64,000 nt of DNA, from assembly GCA_003971905.1 (NCBI GenBank), contig RSEE01000040.1:124001-188000 (forward strand), read 5' to 3'. This document shows, one piece after another, positions 1-15,201 of this stretch. The notes beneath the pieces are model-generated. The model worked only from the letters and a program-made list of their open reading frames with translations, was not told the DNA's origin and did no database searches. Origin of the DNA: Moniliella sp. 'wahieum' (Eukaryota). Every line of letters starts with the position of its first letter. Position 1 is the first letter of the stretch. A program made the translations under genes and the position numbers.

Positions 1-2469
1 GCTGGGGTGGTTAACTTGGATGCCACTTCCTCTTTGGTTGATCTCAAGTCGGGGGATGCCGGGGTATGGGAGGACGAAGAGACCCGAGCCTTTTATGAAA
101 ATTTGCTTGATGTGGGCTCCTCTGTCCCCCCTTCTTCGTTGCGCCTGAGGCAGGGGCCAAACCAAACGACCCGAGCAACGAGGATGGGTAAGACTCCCGA
201 TGAAGCGAATGCGAAGGATGATGTGACTGCTTCAGAAAATGTGGAAGAGGTGCATGAAGAAGGCATGCCTGAACTTCCGGAAGAGGTTGCCGAGGATGAG
301 CCAAGCACCGGAGACAAGGAACTGGATGATGCGGCGGATCGAGCTGAAGTTGGAGCTCGCCGGGTGGCCCAGCTTAACCTACTCCTTGCTCGTCTTCCTG
401 AGCTGACGAACAGGACTATGATCGACAGCGCGGCGGTTGAGTTTGCCTATCTCAACTCCAAGCCGCCCGTGGTAAGTTGGAGCGCACGTTACTCAATATT
501 CCTCGCAATCGTGGCGATCTTGCCCCATACTATGCCCGCTTGATCGCTACTTTGGCTCGGTATTGGCCTGATATTGGTGAGGTGACCGTATCATCTCTGA
601 GTGGGCAACTGTTTGGAGCACTCAAGCGGCGTGGTGCTGCTGCCAATGACGTGGGCGCGACAGACTCGCGAGGTAAAGCGGCACGGTTCCTGGGGGAGTT
701 GACGAAGTTCCAAGTGACCCCGGTGCACGTCATTCTTCATGTTATTAAGATGGCGATGGATGATATGGGCGCGGCGGCAGTTGATGTCCTGGCTACATTA
801 CTCGAGACGTGTGGACGGTTTTTACTGTCACAGCCTGCTACGGCCCCTAAAGCGAAAGCGCTGTTAGAGCGAATGAAGCGCTTGCGCTCCACGAGCACCG
901 TGTTGACCGCAGGTCAGCAATTAGCGGGACAATGCCTACTATGCATGTGTCCCGCCTCCCCGCGGCGTTCGTCAAGTCAAAGAGCGTTCTCCGATGGAGC
1001 TGTTTATCCGACATCTCATCTATGACGTACTCACCAAGAAGCACTTGGATAAGGTTGTTCGTCTCCTCCGTCAACTGCACTGGTCCCAACCCGAGACGCA
1101 GCGGACGCTGATGAGTGTGTTCGCCAAGCCGCATAAGCTCAAGTGGCCGGATATTCCGCTTCTGGCGCTCGTGCTCAGGGACCTACAGCCCTTTCATCCC
1201 GAGTTTGTCACAGCAGTCGTTGACACAGTGGTGGAGAAGATCAGGTTGGGGATGGAGATGAATTGGTTCCCCAGGCCCAGATCCGGGTGGCTCAGGTGGC
1301 GTTTTTGGGCGAGTTGTACAACGCAAACTTGATCACGTCAGGCTCTTGTTCTACCATCTTTGGTCTTTGTCACCTTTGCCCACCCTATCCCCCCAGTTCT
1401 ACCCCCATGGCCGGGGGAAGTCATCTTTCTTTGACGGCAGGCACGCCAGCAGCCGCTCCCGCGCCCGGGTACAACTATCAGTACTACCACGCCACCCCAA
1501 TCGACCGTGGAGATGACTACTTCCGCATTCGTCTTGTCTGCCACCTGATTAATATCACTGCCGTGGAAGGACGGTACGAACGTAATCCTGGGAAGCGGTC
1601 GTTGGCTGCTTTTCTCTCCTTTTTCAATGTGTACGTCCTGACCAAGGCAATGCCCCTGCCTTTGGACATCGACTACATGCTAGCCGACTCCCTGGACCTG
1701 ATGCCTGGCGTGGTCAGCGCCCTGGGTGGTTGGACATGGGACTTTGCTGTGGCGCTTGAGCGATACGAAAAGGGCCGTGCTGAGGCCGACAATGGGTTGG
1801 GGGAGGCCGAGGTGGATGAGGAAGAAGGAAGAGGACATGCCGCTTCCTTCCTCGCTGCAGGAAGACCGCGCTTCGGTCACGGGCGATGGTGATGATCGTT
1901 TGGGCGGGCTTGAGGAGGATGAGCGGCTGACTGTGGGGAGACCAAGAGGCCGAAGGGTTGGATGATGAAGATGAAGATCTGGATGAAGACGCGGAGGCAC
2001 AGCTCATGGCCAAACAGCAAGAAGAGTGGGAACGGGCACAGAAGAAGGAGGCAGACGATGCGTTTGGACGGGAGCTAGCCAAGATGATGGCGGACTCGAC
2101 TCCTACGCCGAATGCGGCGGCGGGCACGGCCCGGGGCGTTTGTTTGACGCACCATTCCCTCGTCAAGAAGCCTGTCGCCCCGCTGTTGTGGAGGCAGATT
2201 CCCCGCGCTGGGTACGACAGAGGAGGAGATCAAGGAGCCGCGCCTACATGACCTTCTCTCTTCTTTCCAAGAAAGGGAACAAGGTTTTGACCCACGATTT
2301 GCCTATCCCCGTCAATAGCTCTTTTGCTGAGACGACACGCACGCACCAGGCCGAGGCGGCGGCTGAGAAACAGGCGATCAAGAAGCTCGTCTTGTCTTAC
2401 GCAGCCGGCGAGGAACGAGAACAAGCTCGCTTCGGCATCTCGGATGATCGTAAGTCCTACCCTTCTTAG
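1..2469 (+). CDS. UPF2: Nonsense-mediated decay factor Upf2/Nmd2 (MIF4G domains, acidic region, Upf1-binding C-terminus); 5' end lies outside the window; frameshifted in the assembly
   Basis: Consecutive + ORFs give WEDEETRAFYENLLD, NRTMIDSAAVEFAYLNSK, PYYARLIATL, RFLGELTKF, ELFIRHLIY, FLGELYN, DDYFRIRLVC, an acidic stretch, FGRELAKMM and FSLLSKKGNK, in the Upf2 order. Stop at 2469. Confidence 0.93.
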
Positions 2470-3161
2470 AAACCTCCTATGGCACTCGGACAAACTAAGC
2501 TAACCTCCTGAGCTCAGCACTCTCTATGTATCGCCGTTCATACCGTCCTGCGCGGGGGACAAGCTAAAGCCGAGCTGATGTCTTCCGGGTTGCTTGGTTT
2601 GTTCTGGCAGATTTCTTTGCACTGGCCTGAAGCAGGTTTGCACTTACGCATTCTTACCGCAGAGCCGGACCGTCCAAAGCTCTCTCTGACCCGAATGGAG
2701 TCCTGGGAGTGTTTCAACCTGTGTCGTCTGCGCCCTCCCCCTGTGGCGCTAGCCAGGTGTCCCAGGGACGTGAGTCGGCCCTGGTCCTCATCTCCTACTC
2801 CCTATCGCTGGCGGCGTGTTGGGACGTACTGGCCCAGGGCCACACCCCTTCGAGCGCGGAAGGACGGTCCATATGCGTTCGACTGGCAGGTGGCATACAT
2901 TGATAGGCCGTGGATTGCCTTCATTCGATGCGTGTTTTGAGGCTAGCCATCCTGGAATAGGGCCACCTCTGTCGTATAGCGTGTGCGGCCATGGATGGGG
3001 GAGAGTAGCAGATGATGAGAAGTAGACAGCCGTGGTGAACGCTTCTGCTGCCGGACATTCGCACAACCAGAACATGGGAAACAAACGTGGGGGGGGGAAC
3101 AACACGATATAATAGTATTAGTGTACAAACTCAGGAAGGGGGAGCGAGCGTGGAGCGGGGC

Positions 3162-6494
<3,333 letters not shown>

Positions 6495-7258
6495 GGTCGT
6501 CGGCGGGGCGGGAGGGCGCCCGAGGAGATGGGGATGGGCGAGGGAGGATGGCAGCTGATGGCGGTGGGGACGGAGGAGAAGGATGCGGCGGAGCGCGTGT
6601 GATTCTGTGTTGGCGGAGGAAGCCTGGAGCTCAGACAGGCTCAGGCCCATACGACATGGGTGCATCCGTACGTCAGTCGGCAGTGTCAGTACGAGTACTC
6701 TCACTCGACAGCTGCGTACTCAGTACGTCAGTACCAGTACGCACAGGCAGATGCGTGCCCGGTGACGCACCCCAAGGCATTGCATCAGGCATCATGCATC
6801 CGATCCGCCTCGCCGCTTCTGGACGCCAGCCAGCCGTCGCCTGTCGTCGGCGGTGGTGGATGGGCTTGTTTCAAATTGCATGTCCGCCTCCGCCTTCAAC
6901 TTGAACGTTGGACTGAGTTCAACGAACGTTCAACTCGGCTGATGCTGCCCGCCGCGCTCGCCACTGGCGCCATGCCCGCCCGTCACACACCGTCAGCCAG
7001 CAGCGGTTCGTTGGTGGGGTTGCTACACGACCGCACCAATTTGTACAGCCCCAACTGGCAATCTGTTGGCAGCACCTACAGTGTGGCCCAAGCTCCTCTT
7101 TTCTCATGCGCATTGCCATCCGCCGCCCTCCCTCGCTATAGTCATTACGAAACTTACTACGCCGAGTCACTAGCTGTGCCAGTGATGCATCGTGGCACAG
7201 AGGCCAGCAGGGCAGACCCCCAAAAGGCTGTGGGTGTTAGATATACTGCGGGGGCATT

Positions 7259-7492
7259 TGATGAGACCTGGAGTCCAGATGGTCGAGGGTGATGCAATTG
7301 CACTAGTGGTGGTGGTGGTGGTGGTGTAAGCCAACCAGCAACGCGTACAGAGGAACATCAAGCAGCGAGTCGCCACCAGGGGCTAAGCTGCGGAACAAGG
7401 AAAAACACAGGAGAGAAAAAGCAACGGAACTCCTAGGCCTGAGGAGGAACTGAAGGGACTGGCCAAAGCACGAGCCACCTGATGGCTCAACA
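7259..7492 (-). mobile_element. Solo LTR, copy 1 (about 234 bp, TG..CA ends), inverted relative to copy 2
   Basis: Reverse complement of 7871-8103. On the minus strand it reads TGTTGAG...CTCATCA, a short terminal inverted repeat typical of LTRs. Confidence 0.8.
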
Positions 7493-7870
7493 CTGTGGCC
7501 CTAGTGCCCCTGAGCCATGACATGCCCTGCAGACGTTGCTTGAAGACTTGTAGCTCACCACTTTGACTTCAAGTTTGTCCGAAGGTGCTTTGCAGCTGAG
7601 CCTCAGCGCTGAGCTCAGCGCTGATCCCATAGGATCTCCGACTGCACCCAAGTCGGAGACTCTATTATAGCCGCCTGATCCCGCGGGTTCTCTGTGCAAA
7701 CAATGTTCCGAAGCCGAACTCTAGCGCTCATGGAACGATGCCTCAGGCTGCGGCCCCACCCCATCCTGGTGCTTCGTAGAGCTTCCTAGTAGGCTAATCG
7801 TGAGCGACAAACTATCTCCTGAGGCCAAGCAAAATTGTGCAAAAACGTTGGGGGATCTCTGACAGAATGC

Positions 7871-8103
7871 TGTTGAGCCATCAGGTGGCTCGTGCTTTGG
7901 CCAATGTCCCTTCAGTTCCTCCTCAGGCCTAGGAGTTCCGTTGCTTTTTCTCTCCTGTGTTTTTCCTTGTTCCGCAGCTTAGCCCCTGGTGGCGACTCGC
8001 TGCTTGATGTTCCTCTGTAGGCGTTGCTGGTTGGCTTACACCACCACCACCACCACTAGTGCGATTGCATCACCCTCGAGGACCATCTGGACTCCAGGTC
8101 TCA
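7871..8103 (+). mobile_element. Solo LTR, copy 2 (about 233 bp)
   Basis: tgttgagccatcagg...ggactccaggtctca. Near-identical to copy 1, with a few substitutions/indels and one fewer ACC unit. Lies 260 bp upstream of tRNA-Asn. Confidence 0.8.
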
Positions 8104-8363
8104 CACAGTTGACGCCATACTAGCTCGCGCTGCGCGCGCGCCCACCTTTCCTGTCCTTCTCTGCAGTTGGTGTCCTGTCTCTCCGCCGCCACTCCGCTCT
8201 TCGCTTCATTGTAACCTCGTTCCCGCTCTCTGTGACCGATCGACTGGCCACCTATCCTGTAAACTGCTGGCAGCTCGAGGAGAGTGCCCTGTTGCACGGA
8301 CATTACAAACAGAACTCTCCCGCCCGGCTACGTGAATGTCACTGATCAACTCCCTAAAAACTG

Positions 8364-8461
8364 GTTCCATTAGCTCAGTTGGCTAGAGCGTCCGACTGTT
8401 AAAGAGACGGCCTATGTTTTCGGACATCGGGAGGTCGTTGGTTCGAGCCCAACATGGAACG
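8364..8461 (+). tRNA. tRNA-Asn(GTT) with canonical 37/38 intron
   Basis: Acceptor GTTCCAT/ATGGAAC with G discriminator, D arm TAGCTCAGTTGGCTAGAGC, anticodon stem TCCGA/TCGGG with CT-GTT-A, an intron of about 24 nt, T loop TTCGAGC, and a T6 terminator directly downstream. Confidence 0.93.
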
Positions 8462-8709
8462 CTTTTTTGTATTCGTGCCTTTTGAAGATAGTCCCTGCTA
8501 TGTCAAGCAGCGCTAAAGCCAACAACAACCAACTACCTTTTGTGTGGATGCAGACGCAGGCAGAAGGTGAAAACAAACGGAAGAAGAGAAGAAAGGGTGG
8601 AACCCGTCGGACCGGCAACGGGATCCAGGAGGAATAATCTGTACCCGGTGGTGTCCACACACCCTTTTAGGCCCAGTGGGAACGGAAATAGGTTCTCTTG
8701 TTTACTAGC

Positions 8710-11454
8710 TCAGGTCGAGGGCAGTCTATTTCCTATCCTCCTGCCGATATTTAGCAGCACACCGACAGTCAAGAATCCAAGGATGTACTTAAGCGTTCTT
8801 GCTTGGCAGCCAAATGGGTGGAAGTGCGGGAGATTCCTCAAGCGCTGGATGGCGGTAGAGGCGGAAGGTATAGTTCTCATGGGCTTCTGCTGGCGTCTCT
8901 TCCCCACGCGAGGGCGGAGTGCTACCCAGTTGCTCGGCCTCCGCTTGCCGGAGAGACGCATGTTGGTGAACCGTTCCGAAGGCGAAACCAGCTGGGAGAG
9001 GTAGTTCCATGCCAATGCCGTGCCCACGAGGAGGGGGATATGCAGCAGCGCCAAAAGCGTTTGCTTCCGTACCACCACCTGCGACAGTTGAAACACTTGG
9101 TACAGCAGTAGCGCCCCTACACACCGTCCCACCGCCATCACGTGCACCTGTCCGGCACCCGTGGACCATGCCCGAGCCTCCGCCAACAGATCAAGCTCCC
9201 CGACGTCATCGTTCTCCTCAGGGAGAGCGGCCGCATTGTCTTCGTCCATGGCCGCGCGCAGGGGGGTGGGGCCAAGGGCGCAGTATTGGAGGCTGCCGAG
9301 GCATGCATAAAGAGCAACTTGTATTTCACCACTGCATAGAGTAGTGTAAAGTATACCAAGGCAAAAACGGTAATCCGCGGCGCCACATTCGCGTAAGAGC
9401 GCCAGCGTAAACACGATTAATATCTGCGGATAAATCGTCCCAGGGAGCAATGGCTCCCTTGTACGACCCGCATCACCCGAAGTAAGCTTGGTCCAGAGCG
9501 CACGAAAGGCAGTGGGCAGACAAAGTAGCTGCAGTGGTACCAATCCAAACGCTTGCAAGATCACATACGATGTGGAAAAGTTGCGTGCAATGGGAAGGAC
9601 CGCGCCGAGGTGGGACAGGAAACCCGCTGGATTCTCTGCCACCTTGGACCAGCGCCCACATTGATACAGTAATCAGAGCAATAAAACGAACAAAAGGTAG
9701 TTGTAATAGCGGTGGAGGATCGTGAGTTGGACTTGGGCACTGTCCCTTGCACCTTGAATGTAGGCCAAGCTCTCGAAGAGGGTGGGAAGCATGCCGTTCC
9801 ACGAAAGAACAAGTGAGGGCAATGCGTTTTGGAACAGTGCCTGCAGCTGAGGATGCTGTTTCAGAAACTCTGACAGACCCGGGATGTACTTGTCCAGGGG
9901 TACGTCTGACACAAGCGAGAGTAGGGCGAACAACGGGGGGATGTAGAAGACCAAAATGAGAAAGACGAGGAACGAGACAAAATGGCTTCGCAATTGTTCT
10001 GAGATGAGGCCCATATTCGCGTTGGGCCACACACTTCCCCCGGACCAGAGGCAAGACGAGTAAGAAAGGTTCCAGGCTCTCCGCATAGGGGTTTGTGCCA
10101 GGATTGTGGGCCTCGGACGCAGACGCGAGCGTAACGAACGCAACACCTGTACCAGCCTTGCGTCTCCCTTGTCGTAGGTGACAAAACGGGGACCGGATAT
10201 TGCATCCTCAGCCTTTCCCTCAGAACCTTATGATGAGCCTGAAAGAAGAGGAGTTGGAGATTGGAAGCTCGTCGACCGATGGCGACATGATGTTCCAACA
10301 CACCGCCTCCCCCATGGCCGGCGGCGCGATACATACAGCGGTTCTGAAAGGAGATGGAGCAATGCGTCAGTCCCCGGCGTGTTGCCGAGGGCTAGAGCCA
10401 GGGCTAGGTGAAGCCGCTCCGAGTCAGCTTGACCTCGGGCTCGTTCGGGCTGGCATCTCCTGTCAGTAGCGGCTCCGCCTCTTCTGCGATCGATCGAGGG
10501 GCCGACTCAACGTCCCTGACTCCAGTATATAGTTGTCCCAATCCCGCTGAATCGCTTGGAGGATGGAGTCAGGGTTGTAGCTGCGGTCCCTCCCGCGGGA
10601 CGGGATGGGGCCCAAGTGAATCCGCCGCATACCGGTCAAGCAAAAATCCTTCCACGCCGACTCCAGCCGCATTTTGGCAAGAGCTCGCTGAGCGAGGGCA
10701 ATTTGGAGATGAGTAGGGTCACGAACGAAGGAAAGGTGGTCCAATGGAACCCCATTTGGGCCAGAGTGCTGCGGAGAGCAATGGATTATATGATGTGCCC
10801 GAGGGATTTGTCGAATTTCGACCGTGCGCCGGGCAGGGTGGCGATCCTAGCTCCCTTAGTAGCATGCGCACAGTTGTAGATGTGGTGTGCGACTCACCCT
10901 CCGGCTGGCGCGAAAAAGAAAGGCCAGCACAAACACGGTGAAGACAACCTCGGTCACGACATGAATAATGGTGAATCGTTGGGGGCAGGCATGTCCGGCT
11001 GCGGCTTGATGGGAAGAGGGCCATCATACCGGAGCATCGGGGGAACAAAAGTTCCATTCGTATCCTGCTCTGGCGGTACGCCGTCAATGGTGCCAAAACT
11101 TGAGCCAGTTGGTTGGCATCGTCACAGCCACGGACCAGAGACTGAGTCCGAGGAAGTGTAGGCAGCCGTGCGGATGAAGTCGAGGAGGACGAGGCCATCG
11201 ATGCCGACGGCGGCGCTGCTTGCGCTCATCAATGGCGTACAGCGGGCGGACCCAGCCAAATAGCACCTGCGGCCGAGCCAAGATGAAGGCACGGCAGGCG
11301 CCGGGGTGTAGAAGGAAGGCAAGCGGGGGCGCACCAGGACAAAGGCAGTAAGGCGGCCAGGCCCAGCGCCCCTGAGTAGTCATCTGGGGTCGACAGCCAA
11401 TGCGCAGGCATCGGATGCCGCGGGTCATTCGGGAGGGAGGCGGCCATCGGACAT
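8710..11454 (-). CDS. CSC1/OSCA/TMEM63 (DUF221, Rsn1-like) calcium-permeable channel; frameshifted in the assembly
   Basis: VGIDGLVLLDFIRTAA, PKLEKALAKY-like PHLQIALAQ, SLVWPNA, SEFLKQHPQLQALFQNALPS, GTIYPQILIVFTLAL, FALVYFTLLYAVVKYKLLF and YRHPAL..PIWLP occur in the family order. Confidence 0.85.
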
Positions 11455-11907
11455 GGGCTTGGGTCGGGCTGGCCAGCAGAGGCGAGGAGGTGGACGAGGA
11501 GACGGGTGGGTGGGAAAACGGGCGGGGATCGAGGGTAGTTGATGAGGCTGGTGTCACGTTACGTTGATCGCGCTGGCCCCTGGAAAATACAATCGCCCGC
11601 AGGAGGGTCGATGGATTGATCATCGATCAATGATCGATGAATATGAATCCTCGACACTCAGTTCCTGCCCTGCTGGCCCACAGCCGATCGGGAGGCAACC
11701 AGCAGCACGTCACGCGTTTACGCGTCATGCATCATCCACATTCAATATTTCAGCCCCAGAGGCCACTCTGGTTGCAATGCATCACATGAAACGCGTGAGA
11801 AGTCTCAAGTAGGCCCAACACCCCAACACCGCCACAGCTCCTTACAGACAGGAATGGATCCGGGCCAGCATCGATCATCGCCCCCACCACCACCAACACA
11901 CCACAAA

Positions 11908-14485
11908 ATGGTGCGTGGCTACCCGCTGCTGGGCACCCGGACTATGCTAACTGTCTCTGTAAAAGGGTGTTCCTGCTCTTTTCCACTGGCTGACACGGCG
12001 GTATCCCAGCATCGTCCAACAAGTCGTCGAGGAAGAGGAGGATCCATTCGTAATCGGCGCCGGGGAGGAGGGCCGACGTAACGCGCGGCTGGGGGTTGAC
12101 ATGAGCAGGCCCAACCCAAACGGAGAGGAATTTGATTGTCTGTACCTTGACATGAATGGCATTGTGCATCCTTGTGCCCATCCTCCTGAAGGCCGTCCTG
12201 TCCCCGAGACGGAAGAGGACATGCTGGTGGAGGTGCTGCTGTACACGGAGCGGGTTGTCAACATGATCCGCCCGCGCGTATGCTGTTGATGGCGATTGAC
12301 GGTGTTGCACCTCGCGCCAAAATGAACCAACAGCGCGCGCGTCGTTTCCGGGCCGCTTCAGAGGCAGGGAAAACCCGGGTGGAGAACGCTGCGAAGGTGG
12401 TCAACCTCAGGGCCACAGGGGTGTCCATTCCTGACGAGGAACTGGCCAAGCTGACCAAGACGTCCTGGGACTCGAACTCAATTACCCCGGGTACGCCGTT
12501 TATGGATCTGCTGACTCAGTCCCTCCGCTACTGGGTGGCCAAGAAGATAAATGAGGACCCGGGGTGGAAATATATTACTGTCATCCTTTCTGACGCTTCT
12601 GTCCCAGGAGAAGGAGAGCACAAAATCATGGACTTTGTCCGACGACAACGCACCTTCCCTGACTACGACCCCAACATCCGCCACGTCATTTACGGTATGG
12701 ATGCAGATTTGATCATCCTCTCCCTTGCGACCCACGAGCCGCACTTCAAGGTGTTGCGTGAGGATAACCTCGAAGCTGTACATCAGATTCTCTGCGGAAT
12801 CGCCTCCGAGGAGGGTGAGCTGATTGAGCGGAAAAAAGAACAGCATGCAGCACAGAAGCAGTGGGATATGGACCCGATAAAGTCTCTCAAGCATGCTCCC
12901 AAATCCCGCGAACGCATTGAGAACATCCGTCAAATGCAACCATGTTATATTACTGAGGAGTCCAAAGTCAAAAGGGAGTCTAACCAATCTATGATTCAAA
13001 AGGAATCGGAGCTTCAGGGCGATTGCCAGATGGAGACGAAAGGGAAAGTTTCCTATGCCCATTCCAAGCACAGATCACCCTCATGGTGGGAGAAGGGTGT
13101 TCACACCGACGAGGCCAATGATACTGTTGTGGATAAAAGGATACGTTGTGTTCGTGCTCTGATAAGGAAGAAGAGATCAAGGAAGTGCTGCTGGAGAACT
13201 ACCGTGTTTCCAACACGTCTATCGAGACGCGTGTCGGCACCGCGCATGAGCAGTACTTCAAGGACAAATTTGGTATTGCATTTGATGACCAAAACTCCAA
13301 GCTGGAAGTGGGACGACACTACGTTGAGGGTCTATGCTGGGTGTTAAAGTATTACTACCAGGGCTGTCCCTCGTGGCATTGGTACTATCCTTATCACTTT
13401 GCTCCATATGCGAAAGATTTGGCAACACTTGATCTGAAGGCGGTGAATGGGATCTTTGAGAAGGACCAGCCGTTCCATCCGTACGAGCAGTTAATGGGCG
13501 TCCTCCCCGCTGCATCCCGCGCGATCATCCCAAAAGTCTACCACATGCTGATGACGGAACCACGGAGCGAGATATATGACTTTTATCCTGTCGATTTCCA
13601 GGTTGACATGCATGGTAAGAGGCATGCTTGGCAGGATGTTGCGCTTCTCCCGTTCATCGACCAAACCCGGTTACTCAAGGCTATGGAGGCGCGTACCCCG
13701 CTCCTTACTCCCGATGAAAAAAGAAGAAATGAATTCGGCCATGACTACCTTTTCGTTGGCCCGTCATGCGCAGTGTACGCCGAACTTGCCGCTCTTATGC
13801 AAGCAAGGCTACAACCACTGTGTGGACATTAACACGCGCAAACTTCCCTTCATCCATGGGCATGTCGAGGCCGACCCACAACTGGCAGTCCGGGCAGCAA
13901 CATTTCTAGCCCCTTCACCGACTACCCCGCTTTTCCGGACGTGGCGAATGATCAGTCGATTTCCGTGCGGTATACGCTACCTACAGCCCAATTTGTCCAC
14001 CGTGCCGCCCTTCTTCCGGAGGTAGAGCTGCCTCGGTCGAAGCTGAGACGGATTGGAGATCTCTCCAACATGAAGTGGCGCCCAATCAACACCGGCTCTG
14101 CTGCCTGGCAACACCCCCCCCGCTTTGACATGGGCAAAGGAGGTTCGCAGGGCACTTGGAGCGGGTCACGCTGGTATATGCCCCTAACACCAAAGTGGAA
14201 CCAGGGGCAGAACTGGATCGTATACCACCCTGCCGTCGCAGTATTCGAGCCACGGGAACAATCAGCCGCCGGATGGATGCCTATGGGCAAGATGGGCATG
14301 GGGCTGCTGGTGACTCCGGCCAGGGTGGGTACCAGCACTGCTCTCCCGGCTGCGGGCAAGCATATGTATTGGCCAGCCAAAGCTTAGGGGATAAGGGTCC
14401 CGGCCAGCAAGCTTACCGTCACCCCGGCGATGGCCGCCAGGGCCATTATGGCAAGAGCTATGGCAGATATGCGGAACAAGGGTAA
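11908..14485 (+). CDS. XRN2: 5'-3' exoribonuclease of the XRN2/Rat1 type with an internal in-frame deletion; intron 11911-11965
   Basis: ATG-[gtgcgt..gctaac..aag][130 protein letters not shown]-rich tail, no XRN1 C-terminal domains. Confidence 0.9.
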
Positions 14486-15201
14486 GGATATGGCGGGTAC
14501 CAAGACTAAGAAGTGTATATATAGAGCATGAGTACAGCCATGCCATTCACCATCCAAGGCTGCCATGGCCATGGCCAGTAAAAGTAAAGGTGTTATAGGC
14601 GCCCGGACCCAATGACTCGTGCAACCAGAGTGCTCCACCATACGCTGTCTTCATGTGGGGGTTCTCAATGTGCTCCGCGTGAGCGCAGCAGCTAGAAGGG
14701 AGCAACATGAATGGATGTGTGCGCTGTAGTATGCAGTAGGCACGCATATCGATGATCGATGATGGACCGCACCTTCGAGATGTTCAATGCAAAATATGGA
14801 CCAGGTAGCGCCAGCGGCGACACCACGCGGGATGGGCGGGTGCAGAAGGTGAAGGTGGCGAAGCGTGTGACAGTCATTGTGATATGTGATTCCGTGACAT
14901 GTGGCATGTGGCGAGCCCGCGGGTGGCAGGGCGCAAGTGTAAATGCAGCGCACGGCCCCACACGGGTGCGCACGGGACACCCAAAAAGCAAAAATTTGTG
15001 CGCCTACTTAAAAAAATCGAAAACGACCACGCAGCAGGGGGGCAGTGTGCGACTACACGCGTGGCAGGTATATGGTCAACGTACTATACAGAACCAGCTG
15101 TAGTATTGTCGGCGCGGGAGGGAGATACTTTGGGCCTACTACCGCTTGGCGTGGTCGACAGCAACCACATTCTCCTCTGCCTCCGCCACCCTCTTGCCAG
15201 T

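Noticed and set aside
7259..8103. MITE or DNA transposon with 230-bp TIRs
   Set aside because: The outer flanks (GCATT versus CACAG) are not a duplication, each arm has its own TG..CA ends, and the cross-matching 5-bp flanks fit two solo LTRs plus an inversion.
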